The notes under the pieces: model-generated
Told to the model about the DNA's origin: nothing
The model's database searches: none
The model's input: only the letters and a program-made list of their open reading frames with translations
Translations under genes and position numbers: made by a program
Part shown: positions 54,356 through 64,000 of the stretch, piece after piece
Layout of the letters: every line of letters starts with the position of its first letter
Numbering within the stretch: the stretch's first letter is position 1
Source of the DNA: Candidatus Dormiibacterota bacterium
Lineage (GTDB): Bacteria > Chloroflexota > Dormibacteria > Aeolococcales > Aeolococcaceae
DNA: 64,000 bases
Reading direction: 5' to 3'
Assembly (NCBI GenBank): GCA_963709585.1
Contig: CAVPXI010000014.1
Location: 384,001 to 448,000 of the forward strand

Positions 54356-55408
54356 TCAGCCTCCTTGCGTGGTATCCAACCGGCCCAGCGCCTCGAGCCC
54401 ACTCTCGACGATGGCCGGCACCATCTCCCCCATCGTCTCGAACCCCTCGCCGACGGTCATCCCCATCAGGAATCGCGCGGTGATGCCCTCCGCGATGATC
54501 GCTAGCTTGTATGCGCCGAGCGCGATGTACCAGTCGAGCGACGTGAGGTCGCGCTGCGTCCCCGCAGCGTAGTCGCGGAGGATGTCGGCTCGCTTGTAGA
54601 AGCCGTCCTCGACGGTGATCGCTCGGCCGTGCAGGGTGCGCGCCGCAGCCTCGGTGTCGTCGTCCGCCCAGTACACGCAGAGCAGGCCGAGGTCACACAG
54701 TGGATCGCCGATGGTGCACATCTCCCAGTCGATCACGGCGACGATGCGCGATGGATCGGCGGGTGCGTACATGACGTTGTCGAGCCGGTAGTCGCCGTGG
54801 ACGATCCCGGAGGCGGACTGCGCGGGGACCGTCTCCTCGAGGCGGCGGCGGAGCGCCTCGATGCTCGGCAGCTCGCGAGTCTTCGACGCCTCCCACTGCT
54901 GCCACCAGCGCCGGACCTGACGAGCGAGGAAGCCCTCGGGGTGGCCGAAATCGCCGAGTCCGATCGCGTCAGGGTCGATCGCGTGGAGCTGCAGGAGCGT
55001 TTCGATCAACGCCGATGACATCGCGCGGCGCGTCTGGCGTGTGTCGGGGAACGCCGCGGGGAGCGCGTCGCGGACGACGTGGCCGTCGATCCACTCCATG
55101 ACGTAGAAACGAGCGCCGATCACCGGGTCGTCCTCGCACAGCGCGATCACGCGCGGGACCGGAATTCCGGTGTCCTGCAGCGCCGAGAGCACCCGATACT
55201 CGCGAGCCATGTCGTGCGCGGTCGGGAGCACATGCGCAAGCGGCGGCCGGCGCACCACGAAACGGCGTTCGCCGTCATCGACGATGTAGGTGAGGTTCGA
55301 GCGTCCGCCGGCGATGACCTCGCCTCGAAGCGCGCCAGCAAGACCTCCGACCAGCGGCGCCAGGTACGCGGCGAGCGCCTCGAGGTCGAGCCCCGGCGGC
55401 GACGTCAC
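54356..55408 (-). CDS. APH-family phosphotransferase (ACAD10/11 kinase-like)
   Basis: GGRSNLTY, AHDMAREY, HGDYRLDN, IDWE. Confidence 0.9.
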   Translation of the reverse strand: MTSPPGLDLEALAAYLAPLVGGLAGALRGEVIAGGRSNLTYIVDDGERRFVVRRPPLAHVLPTAHDMAREYRVLSALQDTGIPVPRVIALCEDDPVIGARFYVMEWIDGHVVRDALPAAFPDTRQTRRAMSSALIETLLQLHAIDPDAIGLGDFGHPEGFLARQVRRWWQQWEASKTRELPSIEALRRRLEETVPAQSASGIVHGDYRLDNVMYAPADPSRIVAVIDWEMCTIGDPLCDLGLLCVYWADDDTEAAARTLHGRAITVEDGFYKRADILRDYAAGTQRDLTSLDWYIALGAYKLAIIAEGITARFLMGMTVGEGFETMGEMVPAIVESGLEALGRLDTTQGG

Positions 55409-55833
55409 TGAGGAGGCGGCGAGTGCCCGTGACGGCGACGCCGGATCTCCGCGACCTGGAGTCGCAAGGTGGCGCGCTCGAGAGCCATGACCGCCTCCTC
55501 ATTGCCCACGTTCTGGGCGAGGAGTTCCTGCGCCTTCTTGCGCGCTTCCTCGGCACGCGCTTCATCGATGTCCTCGGCCCGCTCGGCGGCATCCGCAAGG
55601 ATTGTCACCTTGTCGGGGAGGACCTCGAGAAACCCGCCCGAGACCGCGAGCACATGCTCGGCGTCGTCGTTGCGAATGGTCACCACCCCATTGCGCAGCG
55701 GTGTGAGCAAGGCGATGTGCTGGGGCAGGACCCCGAGGTCGCCCTCGACACCGGGCGCGAGCACGAAGTCAGCCTCCTCGCTGAAGACGCGACCCTCCGG
55801 GGTGACGAGTTCGACCTGGAGCTTGTTGGCCAT
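55405..55833 (-). CDS. atpC: ATP synthase epsilon
   Basis: LVTPE, GDLGVLPQH, SGGFLEV, DIDEARA. Confidence 0.95.
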   Translation of the reverse strand: MANKLQVELVTPEGRVFSEEADFVLAPGVEGDLGVLPQHIALLTPLRNGVVTIRNDDAEHVLAVSGGFLEVLPDKVTILADAAERAEDIDEARAEEARKKAQELLAQNVGNEEAVMALERATLRLQVAEIRRRRHGHSPPPQ

Positions 55834-55838
55834 GCTTG

Positions 55839-58243
<2,405 letters not shown>

Positions 58244-58296
58244 GGAGCGTCAGCCTCTGACGGTGCGCCGCACGGCGCCGGTGGGGATCCGCACGA

Positions 58297-59821
58297 TCAT
58301 CCGGCAAACGTCTTCTTGAACTCGTCGACCGCCGCGCGCAAAGCCTTCTCGAGCTCGTCGGAGATGCGCCCATCCTTGTTGATCTCTTCCTCGATCTCGG
58401 GATGGGTCTGATCCATGAAGCGCAGCAGGCTCTTCTCGAAGTCGCGAACCCGGTCGAGAGGAACATCGTCGAGGAAGCCGCGCGCACCCGCAAAGATACT
58501 GATGACCTGTTTCGCGAACGGCATCGGGTCGTACTGCGGCTGCTTGAGCAGCTCGGTCATGCGCTGGCCGCGGTCGAGACGATCGCGCGTTCCCTTGTCG
58601 AGGTCGGCGGCGAACTGCGCAAAGGCGGCGAGCTCCCGATACTGGGCAAGGTCGAGGCGCAGCTGTCCGGCGACCTGCTTCATCGCTTTGGTCTGGGCGT
58701 CACCACCGACGCGGGAGACCGAGAGACCGACGTTGATCGCGGGCCGGATCCCGGCGTTGAAGAGGTCGGTCTCGAGGTAGATCTGGCCGTCGGTGATCGA
58801 GATGACGTTGGTCGGGATGAACGCCGACACGTCGTTCGCCTTGGTCTCGATGATCGGCAGCGCGGTGAGGGTTCCACCCCCCTCCTCGTCGCTCATCCGC
58901 GCCGCACGCTCGAGCAGCCGGGAGTGCAGGTAGAAGACGTCACCCGGGTACGCTTCGCGCGACGGTGGACGCCGGAGCAGGAGCGAGAGTTCGCGATATG
59001 CGTCGGCGTGCTTGCTGAGATCGTCATAGATGATCAGCGCGTGCCCGCCCTTCTGCATGAAGTACTCGCCCATCGCGCAGCCGGCGTATGGGGCGAGAAA
59101 CTGCAGTGGCGCCGGGTCGGACGCGGTGGCCGCGACGATGATGGTGTGCTCCATGGCACCATGCTGCTCGAGAGTCGCCTTGATCTGGGCCACCTTCTGC
59201 GCGTTCTGCCCCACGGCGACGTAGATGCAGATGACCCCGGTGCCCTTCTGATTGATGATGGAGTCGATCGCGATTGCGGTCTTGCCGGTCTGGCGGTCGC
59301 CGATGATGAGCTCGCGCTGACCACGACCGATCGGGATCATCGAGTTCGATCGCCTTGAGGCCGGTCTGCATCGGCGTGTCGACGTTCTGTCGCTGGATGA
59401 CGCCCGGCGCGACGCGCTCGGTCGGGAGGGTCTGCGCCGTCTCGATGGGACCGCGATCGTCGAGCTGCTCACCGAGCGCGTTGACGACGCGACCAACGAG
59501 CTCGTCGCCGACGGGCACCTCGGCGATCCGGCCCGTGGTGTGAACCCAATCGCCCTCCTGGAGATGCTCGTACGGTCCGAGGATGACCGCGCCGACGCCG
59601 TCCTCGCGCAGGTCGAGTGCGAGCGCGAGCACCACGCCCTCGCCTCCGGGTCCGGGCAGCTCGAGCAGTTCGCCGGCCATTGCGCGTTCCAACCCATAGA
59701 TCCGGGCGATGCCGTCACTGACCGACGTGACCACGCCCTCGTTGGCGTCGACCACTGGCGCCTCGAAGCTTGCGATGCGCTGCTTGAGGATCTCTCCGAT
59801 CTCGTCGCTGCGTATGGCCAT
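58297..59821 (-). CDS. atpA: ATP synthase alpha (frameshift near 59345)
   Basis: [40 protein letters not shown] split over two ORFs. Confidence 0.96.
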
Positions 59822-59845
59822 CAGTTCGTCATTCCTCTCTCTCGA

Positions 59846-60376
59846 TCAGGCAAGGGCTGCCTGGAGCTGTTGCAGGTGGGTGCGCAGGCTGTCGTCGATG
59901 ACCCGGTCGCCGATGCGGACCACGAGCCCGCCGATGATGGATGGGTCGCTGCGCACGGTTGTCTGGACTTCACTACCGAGCTGCTTGCTCAGCGAATCAC
60001 GGATGCGCTTCTCGAGCGCCGCGTCGGCGGGCACCGCGGTCGTGACCTCGACGCGAACAACGCCGGACGCCCGGTCAGCCAGTGCGTCGTAATGCGAAAG
60101 GATCTCGCGGGCAATGCCGACACGGCGACGCTCGATGAGCAGCCGGGCGAGATTGCGCGCCTCTGGTGAGGCACCGTCGAGCAGTTGCAGTCCAAGGCGA
60201 ACTCGCTCGGCAAGGCTCGTCTTTGGGTTCGCGAGCGCCTCCCTGATTGCCTGGTCACCGAGCGTCTCCGCGACCGCCGCCAGTTGCTCGCGCCAGCCGG
60301 CGATGTCGTCTGCAGCCTGGGCGAGCGCGAAGTACGCCTCGGCATAGCGGCGGGCAATGATGCTGGCGCGTTCCAT
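59846..60376 (-). CDS. atpH: ATP synthase delta
   Basis: ARRYAEA, DPSIIGG, IGDRVIDDS. Confidence 0.93.
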   Translation of the reverse strand: MERASIIARRYAEAYFALAQAADDIAGWREQLAAVAETLGDQAIREALANPKTSLAERVRLGLQLLDGASPEARNLARLLIERRRVGIAREILSHYDALADRASGVVRVEVTTAVPADAALEKRIRDSLSKQLGSEVQTTVRSDPSIIGGLVVRIGDRVIDDSLRTHLQQLQAALA

Positions 60377-60377
60377 G

Positions 60378-60920
60378 TCAGTTCTTCTCGGGCTTCGCGA
60401 TCGGGTTGTCCACGACGTTGGCCAGGGCGCCGTCGATGAGGCGCTGATGCGCTTTGGCGTCAAGGGTTTCACCGAGCAGGCGCTCAGTCGTGGCGATGAC
60501 GAGGCCGGCGACCTCGTTGCGCAGGTCCTGGATCGCGCGATCACGCTCGCCACCGATCTCGGCGCGCGCACGCTCGATCAGCGCCTCCGCGTCGGCCCTC
60601 GCCTTGGCAAGGACTTCCGCAGCATCCGCCGTCGCCCCCTGGTGCGAGCGGTTGAGGATCTCGCGGGCCTGGGCGCGCGCCTCTTCGAGCGTCTTTTCGA
60701 CCTGCTCCTGGACCTTTGCGAGACGTTCCTCGGACTCCTGCGCCGCACGCAGTCCGGCCTCGATCTTGTTCTCGCGATCGGTGGCGGCCGCGATGATGCG
60801 CGGATACGCGTATTTCCCGAGGATGAGGATCATCAGGATGAACGCGATCAGCTCGGCGACGAACGTCCCATTGGGGGTGAGCAGTCCGGCCGGCTGGGAG
60901 GCGGCAATCACCGTTGTCAC
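60378..60920 (-). CDS. atpF: ATP synthase subunit b
   Basis: N-terminal TM, charged coiled coil, operon position. Confidence 0.92.
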   Translation of the reverse strand: MTTVIAASQPAGLLTPNGTFVAELIAFILMILILGKYAYPRIIAAATDRENKIEAGLRAAQESEERLAKVQEQVEKTLEEARAQAREILNRSHQGATADAAEVLAKARADAEALIERARAEIGGERDRAIQDLRNEVAGLVIATTERLLGETLDAKAHQRLIDGALANVVDNPIAKPEKN

Positions 60921-60929
60921 GACCTCGTC

Positions 60930-61175
60930 TTATTTGGCGATGACGTAGATGAAGAAGAACCCGAGCGCGAGGTTGATGAAGTACATCCCCTCGACGAGGC
61001 CGATGATCAGGAACATGGTCACCTGGAGCCGCCCCTGTGCCTCGGGCTGACGGGCGGTGCCGGCGATGGTCGCGTTGCCGGCGAGGCCGTCACCGATAGC
61101 GGCACCGATTGCACCGCCACCAAGCGCGAGGCCGGCGGCGATCAACGCCCCCATCAGGATCAGTGCGTGGGTCAT
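60930..61175 (-). CDS. atpE: ATP synthase subunit c
   Basis: GxGxG helix, ARQPE, GLVE. Confidence 0.95.
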   Translation of the reverse strand: MTHALILMGALIAAGLALGGGAIGAAIGDGLAGNATIAGTARQPEAQGRLQVTMFLIIGLVEGMYFINLALGFFFIYVIAK

Positions 61176-62002
61176 GTGGTCTCTCTCCTCAACTCGTTCG
61201 CGTGTGAAGCTGCCCCGTGGTGCTCCTCCTCGAGACCTTCACGGGCCATGCCGAAATAAATAATGGTCAGTAGCATGAAGATGAACGCCTGGATCGTGCC
61301 GATGAGGAAGACGTCGAACAGCTTCCATGCCACCAGCAGCAGGATCCAGATGGGCGACAGCGCCGTCTGAATCACTGACGATCCGGCGAACGCGGTGAAC
61401 CCGAGGGTGAGCAGATACACCATCACGAGCCCGCCGAAGATGTTGCCGAACAACCGGAGCCCGAGGCTCAGTGGCTTCTGAATCTCCTCGATGATGTTGA
61501 GTGGCGTGAAGGCGATCCGTGCCAGCAACGGCAGCTCGAACGGCTTGGTGAAGCGCCGCAGGTAGCCGCGAAACCCGAGCACGTGGATGCTGTACCACTG
61601 CACGATCACGATCACGGCGATTGCCATCGCCAGGGTGAGGTTGATATCCGCAGCCGCCGGTTCGACCGGGGCCGTCAGCGGAAAGAAGTCGAGGTAGTTG
61701 GCGAACAGCACGAACAGGAAGATGGTTGCGGCGATCGGGATGATGAAGTCCGTGCCCTCGTCCGACACCATCTGCCTGGTGAGGTTGCGGATGTAGCTCA
61801 GCAGGAGCTCGAGCACCGACTGGAGCTTGCCGGGCTTGCCGTGGCTGAGGCGATACGCGACACCCAATCCGACCCCGAGTGTCAGCACGATCGCGATGCC
61901 GCTGGAGATGAGGGTGTCGTAGTTGAACACGCACAGGAAGGCATTCCCGCAGACCTGGATTGTCGGGTGCGTACCCGGCGGTTGATCGGCGGCAAGGATC
62001 AT
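61172..62002 (-). CDS. atpB: ATP synthase subunit a
   Basis: [20 protein letters not shown]. Confidence 0.95.
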   Translation of the reverse strand: MILAADQPPGTHPTIQVCGNAFLCVFNYDTLISSGIAIVLTLGVGLGVAYRLSHGKPGKLQSVLELLLSYIRNLTRQMVSDEGTDFIIPIAATIFLFVLFANYLDFFPLTAPVEPAAADINLTLAMAIAVIVIVQWYSIHVLGFRGYLRRFTKPFELPLLARIAFTPLNIIEEIQKPLSLGLRLFGNIFGGLVMVYLLTLGFTAFAGSSVIQTALSPIWILLLVAWKLFDVFLIGTIQAFIFMLLTIIYFGMAREGLEEEHHGAASHANELRRETT

Positions 62003-62433
62003 GCGATTCGCATCGACTCACGGAGGGCGGCGACCGCGAGGACAACCTGCGAGATGCCCAGGCCGAGGATGACCAGCCAGACGTTGGCGAGCCCGAAGGC
62101 GAGGCCGATGGCGATACCGATCGTGCTCAGGGTGATGATCCGGAGCAGGCTGGTGGCCAGAAAGGGAATCGGCAGCGCGATCAATCGCGCCGCCAGTGCG
62201 CCATTGATCGAGCCGATCGCCAGGCCGGTGGCAAGTGCTCCGCCCGGCCCGGCATGTCCGAGCACGATGCCGACCACGGCGGCGATGACCGCCGCGCCTG
62301 CGCAGACGAGCGCCGCGTTGCGTACCAGGCGGAGCGCATTCGCGGATGGCGCCGGGCGTGGAGACGTACCTTCCGAGATCACCTCTTCCACCACTGCCTT
62401 ACTTGGACTGTCAAACCGAGGCAACGATATCAA
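61999..62433 (-). CDS. AtpI-like membrane protein (start uncertain)
   Basis: Four hydrophobic helices directly before atpB. Confidence 0.6.
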   Translation of the reverse strand: MISLPRFDSPSKAVVEEVISEGTSPRPAPSANALRLVRNAALVCAGAAVIAAVVGIVLGHAGPGGALATGLAIGSINGALAARLIALPIPFLATSLLRIITLSTIGIAIGLAFGLANVWLVILGLGISQVVLAVAALRESMRIA

Positions 62434-62463
62434 CTGGACGTCGTGGCACGGCCGAGCGGCACA

Positions 62464-62676
62464 TTAGACGTAGCGCCTGAACTGCGCAAACGCGCTGTAA
62501 CAGGAGGCCGTGATTCCCAGCAGCAGCCCGATGAGCACGCCGATCGGGCTGGTGTGCAGGAGCGCATCGACGCCGGCGCCGAGGAGGAGCGGCACGATCA
62601 GCGCGACCGCGAAGGACACCCCGATGCCCGCGAGCTCGGCGCCGGACGGCTTGCGGGGCGCCGGCGCGCCGCTCAG
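62464..62676 (-). CDS. AtpZ/ATPase gene 1-like protein; probable CTG start
   Basis: Manual translation ...GIGVSFAVALIVPLLLGAGVDALLHTSPIGVLIGLLLG...FRRYV*. Confidence 0.72.
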   Translation of the reverse strand: MSGAPAPRKPSGAELAGIGVSFAVALIVPLLLGAGVDALLHTSPIGVLIGLLLGITASCYSAFAQFRRYV

Positions 62677-63827
62677 TCGGCCTCGCCGCGGTGATGGATG
62701 TGCGACGGGAGCGCCCGGCGCCCGTCCACCTGCACCTCGCTTTCCTCAGCCGCCACGAAAGGGATGCGTGGAACCCTGCGCCGGTTGCGCCACACCAGCA
62801 CCACCAGCGCGACCACCAGCAGGCCGAGCGCGACGTCGATGATCCGGCGGTGCCCGTAGATGGTGAGCGCCAGGCAGCCGAGGATCCCGGTGACGAGATA
62901 GAAGGTGAGCGCGGTCTCGAGTGGATTCATGCCGACCGCTCGGAGGCGGTGATGGAGGTGCCCCGCGTCCGGAGCCGCCGGGTTCCGGCCGGCGAGCGTG
63001 CGCCGGACGATGGCGAATGCAGTGTCGCCGATCGGGAGGCCGAGAGCGATCAGCGGCACCAGGATCGAGAGTCCGACGACGATCTTGGCGACTCCGAGGA
63101 TGGTGATCACCCCGAGCGCGATGCCGAGGAAGTGCGACCCGGAATCGCCCATGAAGACCCGGGCAGGCGGGAGATTGAAGATGAGAAACCCGAGGCAGCA
63201 GCCCATCAGCGCGCCGCTCAGGATCACCACGCCGCTCTGCACGTCGTTGGGTTCCTGGATCCGGTTGATGGCCGCGAGCAGGCAGACCCCGGCGACGATC
63301 GCCACGACGCCGGCCGCAACGCCGTCGGCGCCGTCGAGCAGGTTCACCGACACCTGCATCCCGACCAGCCAGACGACGGTCACCGGCGCCGCCAGCCACA
63401 TGAGGTCCCACACCGACGCCGCGTGGGCCCCGGGGATGGCGATGGTGGTGATCGTGATGCCGAGCACCACGGTGAGAACGCCCACGCCGACCTCGATGCC
63501 CAGCTTGCTCAGCCAGGAGAGGTCGAGGATGTCGTCCACCGCCATCGCGACCGTGATCGCGCCGGTGACCGCGAGGACCTGCCACTGGTAGGTGATGCTC
63601 GAACCGAAGATGGCGATCGCCACCGCGAACCCGGCGAACATGGCGATGCCGCCGAGACGCGGCGTCGGATTCGGATGGAGGTGGCGATCGCCGTCGGGCT
63701 GGGCCACCGCCTTGGTGCGCCGCGCAAGCCACATCGATCCGGGCACCGCCGCGATGCAGACGGCACTCGCCACCAGGAACGGTGGCAGTGCGTTCAGCCA
63801 GGGCGACGCGACGGCGGCACCGATCAC
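62673..63827 (-). CDS. WecA/TagO (MraY-like) undecaprenyl-phosphate GlcNAc-1-P transferase
   Basis: TPRLGG, AVDD, NLLDGADG, FMGDSG, HLHHRL. Confidence 0.9.
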   Translation of the reverse strand: MIGAAVASPWLNALPPFLVASAVCIAAVPGSMWLARRTKAVAQPDGDRHLHPNPTPRLGGIAMFAGFAVAIAIFGSSITYQWQVLAVTGAITVAMAVDDILDLSWLSKLGIEVGVGVLTVVLGITITTIAIPGAHAASVWDLMWLAAPVTVVWLVGMQVSVNLLDGADGVAAGVVAIVAGVCLLAAINRIQEPNDVQSGVVILSGALMGCCLGFLIFNLPPARVFMGDSGSHFLGIALGVITILGVAKIVVGLSILVPLIALGLPIGDTAFAIVRRTLAGRNPAAPDAGHLHHRLRAVGMNPLETALTFYLVTGILGCLALTIYGHRRIIDVALGLLVVALVVLVWRNRRRVPRIPFVAAEESEVQVDGRRALPSHIHHRGEAD

Positions 63828-64000
63828 GCGGTCGAGCGGCCTCGATAGGGCAGCGGGAAGCGCCGGCAGAGGGTGAGGCTCGCCTCGCGAACCTCGTCGC
63901 GGACCGCGGGGTCGTCGAAGCCGCCGAGCATCCGGGCGACCAGCGCCGCGATCTCGTCCATCTCGGCCTCGCCCATCCCGCGTGAGGTCACCGACGGCGA
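63824..64000 (-). CDS. glyA: Serine hydroxymethyltransferase, C-terminal end
   Basis: SPSVTSRGMGEAEMDEIA...LCRRFPLPY; usual position upstream of wecA/atp. Confidence 0.8.
   Translation of the reverse strand, partial: SPSVTSRGMGEAEMDEIAALVARMLGGFDDPAVRDEVREASLTLCRRFPLPYRGRSTA

Overview
High-GC bacterial chromosome window. Gene content (groESL with CIRCE, cdaA-cdaR, mreB, DtxR, F1Fo operon) suggests a monoderm Chloroflexota/Dormibacterota-like organism; that taxonomy is inference. Core blocks: glyA 3' end-wecA-atp operon-APH-ACAD (53.1-64 kb, minus strand); fbaB-dinB, murA-mreB, argF-cdaA-cdaR-glmS-acpS/nnrD, thiL-tsaE-tsaB-rimI-tsaD-dtxR-FTR1, groES-groEL, asnB/cofE-like fusion-alr-nitrilase-pcrA (with intein)-ligA (1-28.3 kb). 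Between dinB and the acyl-CoA dehydrogenase lies a ~25 kb accessory region. It holds vapBC, a TIGR04222-like poly-(CGG) membrane protein/DUF692 (MNIO)/partner operon, a LexA-boxed DUF222-HNH gene, a kinase-receiver-cyclase cassette and many lipoproteins. Most striking is a family of repeated ECF-sigma promoter/5'-end modules (5 copies), with two sigma/anti-sigma pairs and lipoproteins that share conserved leaders but carry different extracellular domains, suggesting a modular sensor-swapping system. About ten single-base frameshifts, including in essential glmS and atpA, point to sequencing error rather than true pseudogenes.
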